A DNA stretch of 64,000 nt from Stylophora pistillata (taxonomy: Eukaryota): contig NW_019217890.1 of the NCBI RefSeq assembly GCF_002571385.2, positions 327,307-391,306 on the forward strand, in the 5' to 3' direction. The notes beneath the pieces are model-generated. The model was not told the DNA's origin. It saw nothing but the letters and a program-made list of their open reading frames with translations, and made no database searches. The number at the start of each line of letters is the position of its first letter. Position 1 is the stretch's first letter. Position numbers and translations under genes: made by a program. This document shows positions 26,220 to 40,900 of this stretch, piece after piece.

Positions 26220-26405
26220 CGTAAATGTTTTGTTTTGCAGTACGGTGAGCACGACTAAATAGTTTCCCATACGTTCGATCATATCGAGACGAATGACGGC
26301 CGCATCTCCTGCTAAGAATTCACTGAAATCAATGTACGCTGTCGTAATTACAGTTGTTTTCAAAAGACAATGACTGGTTAAGTCCGCAAAAATGTTGGTT
26401 TAAAA
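26220..26405 (-). pseudogene. Highly degenerate GPCR N-terminus/TM1 fragment
   Basis: LKTTVITTAYIDFSEFLAGDAAVI..MIERMGNYLVVLTVLQNKTF aligns with LKTTATTKGYTDLSEFLTRDLAII..MIGCLGNSLVMLAVQRNETF. Confidence 0.7.
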
Positions 26406-28714
26406 TTGATTTATAGTTTCAGTTGAACATATAAAATAGCAGTTGCATATAAGATAGATAGAAAACAAAGTGCAACGGAAGTGTCGCCGTGATACAAACG
26501 AAAGCAAATAACTACCATCATGTGTTTTACAACGATTTTCAGGAATGATTTTCTAAATATTCATAATATTTCGCGGTGCAAAACTGAGTCAGTCATAACT
26601 AACAGATAAAGCAGCTGTTAAAAAAGTTTTCATTCTCCTTTACTTTTCATTCTCCTAGCGTCAAATTCTATACAAACGAAAATGTAAAAGAGCGGCAGCC
26701 TGTTTACAACGGTAGGGAAACAGCGCTTTGCTACTTGTCTAAAAAAAATATCTTGCTGCACGTACGTTTCATTGACCCCCTGATTAATTCGAATTCGGTA
26801 CAAACTGATTTTAAATGCAGCGCTGTTGACATTTGGAACAGAGGAATGTTTTGAATGGAACTCTACGCCAAAATACCAAGCCATGCTAAAGTTCCGGTAC
26901 AGTCACACTAAATCAAATATGAGATGTTAAGGCGGCGTCTGAAACGGGTCTTAATCGTTATTTCTCGGACGAGCACTGATCGAATACTTTGTATTCAGGA
27001 ATTTCTTTCATCGAAACATCAATGGCGAGTTTCACTTATCCTTTATTGCCCTTGACAGCTGTAAGGAATGTTCCAAAACTTCCTTGAACAAACTAAAGCA
27101 AATGGAAGTTTAATGCGAACAAACACGGTCAGCTCAGATTACCCGGGAACACTGGAATACTCAAATTTAAAAGCCCTCTTTTTGCTCGTTTTGCTTTGCT
27201 GATTGATCATTTTATCCATTGCAACATTGTCCATTTTCTAAGCTCAATAGCCTAGCCTTTAGACTTCCTTGAACAAACAAATACGACTTAAATTCCGTTT
27301 ATGGAAGTTTGAGCGGTGAGCAAGCACTGAAAGAAGTTGTTTCCCAGAAGCACGAACTGATAAATACTTGATCAGTCATGACTCCTTTATTTTCCACCGA
27401 CTAAATTCTACTGAAACTCACAACGTTTTCTTAACATAAAAAGCCTGTTTTAAGAACTTTTGCCTTGCCGACCTCGACTGAGATTTTCCCATAAGGGTCA
27501 AATTTAAATTGAAAGCCCTGTTTTTACTCGTTTTGCTTTGCTGATTGATCTTTTATTCGATTGTGACCTTGTCCATTTTTTTTAGCTCTATAACATAGTC
27601 CCTAGACTTCCTTGAACAAACCGAAACAACCGTGCCGTTTCAGCAAATTAGAGGTGAACAAGCACAGTGAGNTCGCCTCAAAGAATTTAACAGTCAACTC
27701 TGTTCATAAAACCAAATTATCATGAAATACCCCCCGAAGACGCAGCACCACAGTTTCTTTAGAAAATCACCCCCCTTCATTCATTTGAAGGCCATAATCA
27801 TTGAAAAAAGTGCAATTTTTCGCTGGGACTTTCGATGAAGAAACCTCCTCATAAAAAGAATTCTTTTGTTTTGTTTTGTTTTGCTTTCTTTTTTCGGTTT
27901 AGTCGCCTACAGGTGCCATTGTACACCCAACACCCCATAATCAGCAGGGATTTGCTAAAGCAAAGGCATAGAAAAAACCAGGAAAGATTTATTATTAAGG
28001 AAATCATCTTCTATCTAAAAACCAGCGCGCGCGGAAAAATAGTCTTTGCATTTGCTCACGTCAGCAGCGTACACCCATGGGTAAATGGGGGAAGCTAAAT
28101 TGACCAATCAGAGCACGCGCTTTACTTTGGTTATGTTATAATACAACTTTTACCTTGCTTGAGGGTCTCAATGGATAAACACGGTCAACTAAGATTTACT
28201 GAAAACACTGGAGTGCTCAAAATTTGCTTTACTAATAGATCATTATAGTGAATGCGACCTTGTCCATTTTTTAAGCCCTGAAACGTAGCCTTTAAGACTT
28301 CCTTGAGCAAATTGAAACATCTAAATCCCGTTCAAGGAAGTTTGAAGTGAACAAGCACTATAAGGTGTGGTTGCTTAGGAGCACGAAATAACCACTCCAT
28401 CAGTCATGACTCTCTCATTTTCCACCGACTAAATTTTACCGATACTTACAATTTTTAGATCTTGATACAAAAAACCTGTTTTTACAACTATTACCTTTCC
28501 GGAGGGTCTCGATGGGGTGATGACTTTTACAGCTAACGGCTAAAATTTTGCAGTGCTAATTTACGGCTAACGATTAATATCTTTCCTTTATTGTCACCAA
28601 AATGTTTTTACGGTTAACTTTTTTTTTACGACTATCAGTGAAAATTCTTCAATTTTTACGCCCGACGGCGATTTTTTTTTCGGCCGTTTTACGGCTAACT
28701 ATTAATCTTATTAA

Positions 28715-31467
28715 GTGTCTCTGTCTGAGAAAGTGTTCCAGGGGCCAAAAGTGGTGGTCAACCGATTCGGCTGAAACTTGGCACAAAATTTGAGTGTAAT
28801 AAGATATTTCAAAAGCCACTTTGGCTCACTTCTTTGACTGTTTGTTCTGGAGTTTCAGGGGGGGTCCCATTTGTGGCCTGTGGAGCACCAAAAATTCATC
28901 CTTCTAGATGGCATTTTGAAAGTGCTACAAAGCTCCATTGGTAAATTGTGCTTCCAAATGAATTTGACCATGGACTCTACTATAGTGGAGCTTTTACCTC
29001 ATAAATGTAACTTTGTTCTCAGGTGATTAGACAGAGAGGGGCCTGGGGCTACAGTTAGGTCAAATTTGAGGCCAAAATCATTACCCAAAATTGTCAGTTT
29101 TCAAAAAACCATAACACTCACCTGCCTTCTTGCATAACCTGAACCAAATCCAGTATGTACTTTAGTGACCCATTTATCAAAATCAGTTGAGAAAAATTTG
29201 GCTTAATAAGGTTTGTTAGGTTTTTGGCACAAACTCTCCATGCCCCTCTAACGGCAAGCAAAATGGAGTTTTGAGCATAATTCATGCTATAAACAGACCA
29301 AATTCTTGACATAAAGCCTTTATTTTGTATTAGGTGAGTTAAAATGAAATACTAAAGCCAATCCAGTGTCATTATCTGGAAATACCTCGACTCAGAACTT
29401 ACAAATGCTCTAAGAAGGCCTCTGATTAGCACTANNNNTCTACTATAGTGGAGCTTTTACTTCATAAATATAACTTTGTTCTCAAGTGATTAGACAGAGA
29501 GAGGCCTGGGGCTAAAGTAAGGTCAAATTTGAGGTCAAAATCATTACCCAAAATTGCCAATTTTCAAAAAACTATAACACTCACCTGCCTTCTTGCATAA
29601 CTTTCATGCCAAATCCAGTATGTACTTTAGTGACCTATTTATCAAAATCAGTTGAGAAAAGTTTGGCTTAATAAGGTTTGTTAGGTTTTTGGCACAAACT
29701 CTCCATGCCCCTCTAACGGCAAGCAAAATGGAGTTTTGAGCATAATTCATGCTATAAACAGACCAAATTCTTGACATAAAGCCTTTATTTTGTATTAGGT
29801 GAGTAAAAATGAAACACTAAAGCCAAATCAGTGTCATTATCTAGAAATATCTTCACTCATAGCTTACAAATGCTCTAAGAAGGCCTCTGATTAGCACTAC
29901 AAACACTCAGCGGTTTAGCAAAATAAAGTAAAGTAATAAATGAAAACCTTGTACCCATCATAGAGCACAAATGACGATGTTCTGACCTAGATATGATAAT
30001 ATGTTTAAAAGATGTTGAACTTTCTCTGATCTATGTTTGGTGGGCCATATTTCCATACATATCATACTCCAAACATGCTAAGTCTCTATATTTTGTCAGG
30101 CCGTTTTTTACTTGAAAATAAAGTGACCTTAACTGGGTCTTAACCATTAAGCTAAGAATAAAACGATCGTTAAGAGATGATCCACGTCTGACCTTTGAAT
30201 AGGCTGAATAGCTCTCGCAAATACCCATCACTAAGCGAGCATGACCATACATACATAAGCTTAGGTGACGCAGTGAGCACCGTCCAGGTGACTTGTGATC
30301 CACCAGAGATCCTAGGTACTTTAGAACTGAATAAATGGACCATCCAACAAAGAGGGAATTCACAGTCAGAAGAGCTGGACGAAAAAAATTATTGTTGCTG
30401 TTTAAATGAAATATTCCTCACGAGACATGAGATGATGCCAACAGAACCTGCCATTTTGGACGTGATAGTATTAGGACTAGACCTAGTTTCCAACCCTCCC
30501 CCAATTCAAGCATAAATGTTTATGTCCTTATCAAGTAATAAAAGTATAGCGATAAGTTTCAAGAAAAGTTTACGATGGCGCTTTTTTCCTTTAGAGGGGT
30601 AAATGATCAGTGCGGTGCCGTATCATGGGCTCTGCACGAAACAGGAATGACTCCTTTGTTGTATCACGATATTGACGTGATTGCTTGGTTAAAACACAAG
30701 TATAAGGGGTCAGGTGCGTCCGGTGCGTCCGGGGCGAGAGGAAGACCGGGTGATGCCAAAGCTACAAGAACAGGTAATTCAAAATATAAGAAAGGGCTCG
30801 TACACGCGCATAAATGTAGCAGATGGCTTTTCAAGTGCAACTCTCGCTCTGAGCGGTCCTCTCAACTTCCCATCTAAATAGTGCTATCTACTGCGAGGAT
30901 CGTGCATCATACGTATCTAATACCGCAGTTCAAAATATATGAACTTCATATATTTCATTGTATCCAAACCTTATTAAGCCAAATTTTTCTCAACTAATTT
31001 TGATAAATGGGTCACTAAAGTACATACTGGATTTGGTATGAAGGTTATGCAAGAAGGTAGGTGAGTGTTATGGTTTTTTGAAAAATGACAATTTTGGGTA
31101 ATGATTTTGGCCTCAAATTTGACTTAACTATAGCCCCAGGCCCCTCTCTGTCTAATCACTTGAGAACAAAGTTACATTTATGAGGTAAAAGCTCCACTAT
31201 ACTAGAGTCCATGGTCAAATTCATTTGGCAGCAAAATTTACCAATGGAGCTTAATAGCACTTTCAAAATGCCATCTAGAAGGATGAATTTTTGGTGCTCC
31301 ACAGGCCACAAATGGGACCCCCCCTGAAACTCCAGAGCAAACAGTCAGAGAAGTGAGCCAAGGTGGCTTTTGAAATATCTTATTACACTCAACTTTTGTG
31401 CCAAGTTTCAGCCGAATCGGTTGACCACCACTTTTGGCCCCTGGAACACTTTCTCAGACAGGGACAC
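28715..31467. mobile_element. Non-autonomous DNA transposon with ~500-bp TIRs, TTAA-flanked
   Basis: 28715-~29214 is the reverse complement of ~30964-31467. TTAA at 28711-28714 and 31468-31471; the empty site is visible in the paralogous copy at ~6835-6870. No transposase recognised. Confidence 0.88.
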
Positions 31468-31956
31468 TTAAGACCCTTTTGCCGACCTCGAGTTAAAATC
31501 GTCTATTTGGATCGTGACTCGAAATCTGTCTGAATTCCGCTGCAACATACGTACTAAAAGGAAAGTTTAAAAAGAAACACACTTTTTACACATTTTTCCA
31601 ATAAATACAAACTGTCGTTTTGTTTTGTTATGTTTTTGCAATGACAAGCATGTCAAGTGTCCTGGCAAAATAGCTGGACAGTATACAAGGGGTAATCTAT
31701 GTACAATGGAACTCCATAGACTTTGCACTCCTTTAAAAGGGGATTTCCGACGATTTGTAGAGTTACAGAATAAAATGATTAGAAGCAGTATCTAGCAAAA
31801 GTTATTTGAAACAGGTCACTATTCAAACTCTGTAATTGGTGCTGCTGGTAAAGAAATAAAATATCGACAGATAACCATCCATACTCACGACTTAACAGTC
31901 TTGATCACCTATCATTATCTCATGTCATTTCGAATGATAGGGCTCATTGTTCCCTG

Positions 31957-32892
31957 CTAGCCGTTCCATCGTTCTATTCGCAGAATTTTGCCGAACGCTG
32001 TACGATATTTCGAGCTTCTCAGGCAATAAATGAAGGGATTTACTGCTGAGTTACAAGACAGCGCTGAGTGGGCCCAGTTGAAGCCTTTTCCAAACTGATC
32101 TGGTTTTGCTTTAAAATCGATGATGGCTGGAAGCAGAAGCAAAGGTAACCAACACAACGCATACACTCCGACCACTGTGAAAATGGTCTTGGCCACCTTC
32201 TTCTCTACCAAGACGCCATCTGTTCCCATCTGCACGCTTTGAATTCTGTTTTCCTGCCGTTTTGCGACGATGAAGATGTAGACATACACGATCATTGTTG
32301 TGATCAGCAAAACTGAGCAGTAAAGAGCAATATATATTCTGGACACCAAATTAGGAGCGTAAAGGACACCGAATGTGATAGAAATGATCCAGACAACCAG
32401 TATTCCTACCAATGCATTTTTGGTGGCCATGAAGGCATACCTGAATGGGAATCTGATGGCACTGACGCGATCAACTGTCACCGCAAACATATTGGTGGCG
32501 GATGCAACCATAGAAGTATGCCCCAAGAAACTTCTCACCAGATCAAAATTTGCCAGTTCGGCTTCCGATTTTTCATCAGCGTCTTGATTGAAGTCGTATA
32601 CCAGCATGGGTAAAAATATTGCACAGACTGTGAAGTCTGAGAACGCCAGGCTTGTGATGAAAAGATCGGGAATCGTGCGAAGATTTTTGTTGCTGGACAC
32701 GGTAACAAGGACGAGAGAGTTCCCTAAGGAGCCGATCACGCTGGCTAAGGCGCAAATTATGGTGAGGATAATTGCATCATTCTTAGTTAAGAGTTCACTG
32801 GTGCGAGTATATTCTGGAGTCGTTTGCTTAGGTAAACTAGTAGAACAGTTCCAGCACGTCTGATTAAACAGGTTCATCTGGTATTGATCCAT
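31957..32892 (-). CDS. Class A orphan GPCR (311 aa, single coding exon)
   Basis: Intact 7TM ORF with GN, SLAFSD, DRV, CWLP and NPFIY; tgtttag acceptor ~20 nt upstream of the ATG. Confidence 0.93.
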   Translation of the reverse strand: MDQYQMNLFNQTCWNCSTSLPKQTTPEYTRTSELLTKNDAIILTIICALASVIGSLGNSLVLVTVSSNKNLRTIPDLFITSLAFSDFTVCAIFLPMLVYDFNQDADEKSEAELANFDLVRSFLGHTSMVASATNMFAVTVDRVSAIRFPFRYAFMATKNALVGILVVWIISITFGVLYAPNLVSRIYIALYCSVLLITTMIVYVYIFIVAKRQENRIQSVQMGTDGVLVEKKVAKTIFTVVGVYALCWLPLLLLPAIIDFKAKPDQFGKGFNWAHSALSCNSAVNPFIYCLRSSKYRTAFGKILRIERWNG

Positions 32893-35800
32893 CAGCTCAG
32901 AATGTCGGTGCTCTAAACAGAGAAATAAAAGAAGACAAAATAATGGAAACGATATCCTGATTTAAAGGCAAGGTCGAAATGCTTTGAGTTTTCCTGTCAA
33001 TTTAGTAAGCTGCCGTGTGGCGTTAAAATTTTTGCGAGCATTTTACTTTGATGATTGGGGATTTATTTTTGTGTGTACTTTGCGATTGCATGAGATGATT
33101 CGCTATAATTGCTTTTGGAGACAAATTTTTGCGGTTTTGTAGTTGAGCGGCAGAACACTTGACTAAACAACGAAGAAAATTTTCTCACTTTTCTATCTTT
33201 AAGAGGTAGATATGATTTGTAGGTTGACATTTTGACAGCATCTTTTCTGTCTTTCGGTGCTTCTCTTTTAGGCTTCTACATGGTTCAGAAAAACTGAGTG
33301 TCAGTCATAAGAATGAACTCCAATGGTTGTGTTTCTTCTTCTTTGCCTACGTAATTCGGCTATCGAGAGGCCCAAGAAAATTTTAAGAAAAAGCAGGTGG
33401 ACAGGTGTTAGTAATTTAGCACTAACTTTTGAGGTTTTTTTTTTTTTTGCAATTATTCTCCTAGTATGTCTGTTTCAGTCCTAAGTTATGTGTATTATTT
33501 CACAAATTCTACTTTCACTTCATAAATTGTCTTTGTTTATTGTGGAAAAGAAGAAACTCTGGCATCGGTTTGAAATGATCTGCTTCACCTATGTTCATAA
33601 AGTCAGTGCATGTCAAAGCGAGCCCAAAACCACAACAGTAAGATATTTTGATAAAATAATTAACTGTCTAATGGAGGGCGAGAGAAGGCTCAGATAGAGA
33701 GGGAAGAAACATTTAGACCAGTGCTGATGTCGACTTCAATTTTGCTTAATTACCTTGATCTGCGGTTTGTCCTTGAGACTTGCTGGTCGCCGCCGTATAA
33801 TTTTTTGTCTCAAAATAAATGAACTAGTGTTGATCTGTACGGAATAAATCAGTCACGTTATCGACACAAGTCGCCATGATATCCTTTTTGTTTCACACGC
33901 ATTATATGGGAACTTTGATTCTAGCTCGTCAAAATGGTTAACAAACTGTTTGAAAGGCTCAAAAGTTATAAATCTACCCCAAGATTCGTTTACCAGACAT
34001 ACATTATTTATCCGAGCAGCCTGCACCTGTTGTTTGTTATTGACTCTAACTGTCACCTAACGATTGTGCAATTTGTCGCAATTACAATAGATTATTCAAA
34101 TACCGTCAAAGTTACGACTATCACAATAGCACGCACAACCCACTCAGTGAAATTGTGGCCGTTACTTATTTTCTTTTATCAGAATAGTTAGATATCTACC
34201 AACTGGTAGACCATACAATTCTCTTTTGTTTCAGCTTCCTTCAATCATAAATATCCTTTGAAAAACTAGCTGAAGACTAAACCAAAGTCTTCTGGAAAAA
34301 ATTCTCGTTCTTTCATAAATAACCAAAACAAGGCGTAATGTACTTGCTTCAGATATGACAATGAAAAATTAAATAGCCATCTATCATATTGGAAAAAATC
34401 CATAAGGCATATTATTAATTAGAATTTGGTGACGTTAATAGTGTTGCCTATTACGGTTTTGTGAGAGAATGACAACTTCGCTCTCAATTTGATGTCTCAG
34501 TTCGTGAAGATAAAGTCTTTGTAATTAATTTCCCTCCTAGAATTGAAGTTCCTTCGGCAGTTTTGTGAGTGATTGGACAATTGTATGACAAAAAAAATGT
34601 TTCTTCTTTTCATTCTTAATGACTCCAGAGATTATCAACCTTAACTGGAACATTATTCCATGTCAAAAATTAAAGAGAGATTACATAATTCAAAAGTCTT
34701 TTCTTTATCCCATAATTAACCTGATTTCAAGGAAGATATCTGTTTTGATACCACTTAAACTTTTATACAAGTTACGACTCTTTATCATCTAGATAATATC
34801 CTGAAAGCTCTTAAGTGATTCAAGCCTTCAATTTGAACGTCAAATTCTACGTGCAGCTTTTCACAACCTTTGCTACAATTTTGTTTCGCTTCAACCTTCC
34901 ACATAACAAGTGAGTTACCTAAAATGCAGAATATGTTATCAAAAAATTCGTGATCTAAAGCAATGGAAGATGAACTGTTCTTATAGCTAAACTTTAAATG
35001 TTAAACACAAATAGCTAAACTTGCTTTATATAGTTTTGATGAACACCCAAAGCATTTGTAACTGTGCTTTACATATGCATATCCATTACCTGGTCCTTCA
35101 ATTAATGTTATCGACGTTCTATGGGATGCTTTTTGAGTTACTATTTTTTTTTAAAAAAAATAACTAAATGTTAGCGTATAGGTTGGTGTATTGTGGTGTA
35201 GTGTCATCTGTTCAGCGCAATTTGGTGTATCTCTAAGCAATCTGATTGGCGCATCTCTTTTTTTGGTGTATCTCAACGTTACCTGATCCTTCAATCAGTG
35301 TTATCGACGTTCTATGGGATGCTTTTTATTAGTGTTGCTTACCTTTTCGAATAATGACAAGACTGTAAAGTCATTTGTTTCTTTTAAATTTATATAACTT
35401 TATGTTGTCAAACTTCTTTGTTAAGTCTTCGAGATTATGCTGCTTTCCCGTGCTTTCTTTCACAATCAGGGGCAGATTGACTAATCTCTTGTTGTTAATT
35501 GAATATGAAGGTTTATAGTCAACCTAGAATGTCTATAGAAAGTTTAACGTAAATGCTAAGTAGTTAAAACATCCAATTTTTTATAAAAATACATCTAGAT
35601 CAATTTTTCTCGAAGTTTAAATAGATCTGTTAAAGAGTTTTTGGTAGAAAGTTTTACGAAATGTGAAAAAACATGACTTGTCCAAACATTCATCAATATA
35701 AGTGTGTTTCCATAAGGTCGTAGTAGTAGCAAGTAGGATAAATATTGTAAGAAATATACAACCGTTTTTAGAGACATGTTTCGAGGCGCGATTCCATACC

Positions 35801-37941
35801 GACCAGAATTAATTATGCATTTGCATGCGTTAATTTTGGCCAAACGATCTTGATTCTAATAATTTTTGGCTAGCTTTTAGTCACTGCATGATAACAACAA
35901 TTTTACCTCTCACTAATAGGTAGATGTTTAGCAAAAGTCTCGCCATATCTCATAAGTTTCACAGTGAGAAATATGATCATCTTTATACACGATGAAAACA
36001 CATTGCAGACCATTAACCATCAGTCTAAACCCTAGATTGCATGTTGACGGACACCCGTTTGACATATGTTCGCATAAGTGTACTTGTCTTTCTAACTTTC
36101 TGCATTTAATACTTTTTTTTAAAAAAAAATTCAATGACACGCAACTTACCTGGACAAAGAAGCTCTTATTTGTACCACCGAGCAGGCTCCAACGACTTCC
36201 GCGGCGAAGAATAACATGAATTGCAGATCAGACCACCCGGCGAATTTGATGGGATCAACTGAAACTGTTGCTGTAAACAAAGAACCTTTTTTGTATTTTA
36301 GGTGTGGATAAACTGGTTAAAGCCTGAAACGTAGATCCGACAGTTTAATTCTTTGATACGGAAAAAAAATTTCCTGTTTTTCCCACCTATCTTCAAGGTT
36401 AGCGTGAATTAATTTAAACGCTATTTCAATCAAGCAAGCATTCTCGCTCTGAGGGTCTTTTGACAATGTTAATTGCATCCGAAATTTACATAAAGATCTA
36501 CAGCACTTTAAACAGTTGAATATCAAGCTTACTCTGTGGTAACTTAGTGCTGTCTTCTATATGATGTTTTGGTTTTTTTTATTTTTTTCTGCTGATTAGT
36601 TTTGTGCTTTTCCAAGTTATCCTAGAGAGAAAATAAGTTGTAGCAACTTGATCTAAATGTGTAACTGCCTTCCTTCCCTGAAGAACTCGATTTATTTTGC
36701 CGAAACTCGGTCTCCTTTCGCGTCTTTTCATTATTGAGAAATATTTCACAATGATTTCGCGTGGACATTTTAAAAGCTAAACGAATACCTGCTTTAACAA
36801 ATAAACTCATCCCTAAATGGTCGAAATTAGTCTAAATCATGATAGTTCTGCACCTCGACAAAGAAAATTTTCATTTTAGACAAATACGGTCCCGTTTGTT
36901 CAGGGCCTCTTATGAATGAAGTCCAAATCAAACAAACTTTGCAAAATTAAAATAACAGTGATGAAAGTCATGAAAATTTCATGCATCGGATGTGGACCCA
37001 TAAACAAAATATGAAAAATCGCTGGAGGTTTCTCTTGCAAACTACCTGCTCCATTTTTTGAACTTTCATGTTGTTGCTTACAAGCTACTCTTAGGATGGG
37101 TTTGTCTTTTTTCGTAAAGATCGTATCAACCCTGGAAATGCTTTCTATAGCACGAGTCGGCATGCACTGAAGCTATTTCCTTTCTGAGTTGTCTTCAAAG
37201 CCAGAAAGGCGACCACCCACAGTTAATTTTCTATTGTCTCTCTTGTTTATGGCTATAGTTTTCAGTCGCTGTTGAAAATTAACTTCAGTTCAAAGTGAAG
37301 AATCTTAGAAGCCCTTCTTACCACTNGGCCAGATTGTGGTGAGTGGATTCTTTTCTAAAACACATCAGCAACAGCTCATAATTCGTGTTAACATCTGATT
37401 AAGAGTTACCAGTTATAAAAGTTAAAAAATTCATTAAGTTTAAGTAGTCCACTGGTTTTTCCGGTTTTATTCTTAGTTTAACAGTTGGCTTAAATCGATT
37501 TGTTGATTAAGCATCGATACATATGTTACATATGAGAATGACAGGTAAGTATACAACAGTCTATTTAGTATCACCTTAATATCTCCTCAGTGTTTAATGC
37601 TCATCTTTGCACTGGTCCTTGGGTTTCTTACCTATAGCCCCTGTCAATAATGATTTATGCATTTGATGCAATAATCAAAACATTTGCCATTCATTGATTT
37701 CTAATAATGTATCTTTTCATTTCAATATTACTTTGGGTCTTTTTATCTTTTGAAATTTTTAACCGACAAAAGTTGTGAACTGTTTTCACGCTACTGGCTG
37801 CAATAAACACAAGTACACCGCATAGGAGACCTTTTTTTAACATTCTTGCCTCTTTTCACGACAATACAAATCAATTGTGCTGCATCAGGGGAATAATAAC
37901 AAAAAGGTGCCAACAAATCTGTTGTTTCATGACGTACTCAG

Positions 37942-40900
37942 CTAAGTCTTCATCTCTAGAATAAACGACAACACCTGAGGGACCGCCATGTTGAGAAATG
38001 ACTGCGCAAACAGACACTCATTCGCCATTCTAGAACACACGCTACGCAGTGTTGGAAGTCGGAGCAGAATGTGAGCAAAGCGGCTTGGCTTGTCGGGATA
38101 TGAACACTTGATGTAGTCTCGCAAAGCATCAAGGGAACGATTGAGAATGAAGTCCACCATCTCCCGGTTTTTTAGTCCTGAACTCGTCTCTATAAAAAAA
38201 GGAAATGACGTCTCTTTAAGCAACAGATATTACCTATAAAATAAGTAACAGCTTACGTCTAGAGATTTCTGGGTACTTGCTGAACTGGCTTGATAATCTC
38301 ACGTTCACAAAGAAACAATTACGTTAATGGCACAGTAACTCACCTTGCTCAAAAAGCATAATAGCATTTACGCAGGCAAACTCTGCCATGTCGAGTTGCA
38401 AGCTTTGTAACTTGTAAGCGAAACAAGCCAGCTGCGAAGACCATTGCTCCAGGACCAGATTGAAGGAGTGTTCAGGAGTAAGAAGCACATCTTTCGCTAA
38501 CAGTACTGAGCCCTGATGTGCACTGGAACGCTGGCAAACACGGAGGACTAACAGTTCTAATAAAGCTACGGAGAAAAAAATTTAAAAAAACGTGTAATGC
38601 AATACCACTCAATTTTTTTTAATCCTTTGAAGGATTGAGCGACCGATATTCCTGTGAGCTCGAGCAAATGATTAGAAATAATAACTGAACTGGTTGACCT
38701 ATGTAACTACCTAAAAAGCGTCGATGTTCTATCGATTGGCCGATTGACGTCGATGTTCTATTGATTTGCCGATTGATTGATTACCGACTCTTAATGAGTG
38801 TTTAACCGTGAGATTCTTATTCAACCGTTCAGTCCATCGGGTTTTCAACTGATTCATATTGTGAAATGTCGTTGCGCACTATTCTCACTATTTTCGAAGA
38901 AGATGTATCAATAGACTCTATGTGGAACAACAGTATGCAGATTATCGTATATTTCTCCTCGCACGTAGTCACTTCCTTCGCGAAGTTCATAGTTTTCCGT
39001 GAGACTCCCTAGCAGAGGATTTTCGCTCTTTGAAAAGATAATATCGTGAGCAAATTTCCTCATGCGTATCTCATCGTCACTAGAGACTATTGTTAGTATA
39101 CCTGTGGAAACGAGGCTAGCTTGATCATCTCTGTTAAGCTCTCTAAATCCGGGAACTTTGAAGGCCCAGGCCAATATTAAGTCCACTTCTTGTAGTACCA
39201 GCTCCATCACTACTTCGACAGGGTTCAAAGGGCAGATTTCCGTAAAACCGAGCTCCAGATAATCCGGTCTGAAATAAAAAAATAAACAAAACGAGGACAA
39301 TGATAAGTTGCTAAATTGAACCAATGATTTCTGAGAGAGGTACCAGTCTACTGGGAGCTAAACCCTTCATTTGTTGGATCTATTTCATTTATCCCTATAA
39401 ACATCAATAACAATAAAACACACATTTTCTCTTTATTCTCTTATCTAACAAAATTGATACAAAATCGGTACAAAATTGATACAAAATCGATAGGAAATCA
39501 AGAGAGCGCAAATCCAAGCAATCAACACAATCGATCAGAACAAGGGAAAAGAAAACGCGAAGAAAACATAAATGTATCGTCTGAAGCGCTGGGAAACAGG
39601 TTTGCTTAATCAATACGTATAAGAAAAAATTTCGACTGAGTTTCGAGAGTAATCCGGTTTTGCATTGGTTTTGTTTTACTCCATTAGTCCAGAAAACTAA
39701 CGCCTCTATCACACAACCAATCAGATGGAAAACTGAAATCAATCATTACTTGTTCGCCCCCGTTCTGCTTGTTTTATACTTTGATTTCTGTTTGGTCCTT
39801 AAGGTATTTTCCTGATTTCAGAATGGCGGTTTTGATTACTTTGGTATTAGTTTACCACATCCATCTGTAAAGCGTTCTATTCACACAACGTGTAGATAAA
39901 TAACTACACCTTTAACGCCACAAAGCATTGAAAAGCACATTTAATTCATTTACCAGATGGATGTTTGTCTAGATGCAAAGATTTGTATATAGGTGCGTGT
40001 GATTCGAAATTTGTGGCGTACCAGGTCCGGCAGTAAAACATTTAAATAAAAGCAACACGCTAGCAAAAACTAACCGGACGACTGAATTAGCTAAAATCAG
40101 TTAATAGTAAAAATTATCTAACGAAAATAACGTGCATACTGACGAAATAGTATAGCTACCGGCATTACTTAATTCTTAGATAATCTCACAAAAACGAGAA
40201 CTTAAATAAATAGAAACAGAAGATAACTGTAGTAATATAATAGAAAGAAAAACAATATAAAATTATTTCGCAGTTGCTCGACAATAAATAAAACTACAAA
40301 TTCTAGTCGTTACAGAACTAATGGGTTATAAAGTATGACTGAACTCTCGACACACAAGCAATAGACATTAAAAAAATTGCCCCCACCCCCCTCTCCCCCA
40401 AATTCTAAGCCAACTAACCTTCTTTTAGGAGCAGCGTCAGGGCGGGCTTGGATCAGTTGTGTGACTAATTCAGACGAAACGAATGTGTCCGCATTCTCCT
40501 TCATTCCGATCAGGGACTTGATCCGTGGTCTGCCACCGGGTGCTCGGTCCTCTCGGACAGCTGATGGGGAAACAACAACAGTATCCCACGATGATTTTTT
40601 TCTCTCTCAGTATTTTTTATTCTAAGTCCTATTGAAAGATGTCACTTGTTGGTGGGGATATTGTGTTGAATTGACATTCACAAGTAGGTAAGTTTCAACA
40701 CGCGGTAACTCAGTGTGAGAAGTTAGGTGCCACTCAGTGTAGATTTTTTCGTTTTCCCACATTTCCATAATTCTTCCCTTTCAATTTACCAAGAAACGGA
40801 AATACATGTGCAGAAATTTGATGAATTTCGTGCATCTTGATTTAGAAGTAAAAAATTTGTATTTCAAATAAATTCTAGAAATGTATAGTTAATTATAGTT

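Noticed and set aside
28977-29900. ~460-bp tandem duplication inside the long-TIR element
   Set aside because: The two slightly different copies meet exactly at NNNN (29435-29438); most likely overlapping contig ends or haplotypes.
30031-30877. ORFs inside the long-TIR element as a candidate transposase
   Set aside because: No DDE, HTH or other recognisable motif.
33000-37900. Short ORFs between the GPCR and the nuclear receptor
   Set aside because: AT-rich intergenic/UTR-like sequence with no motifs or consistent splice structure.
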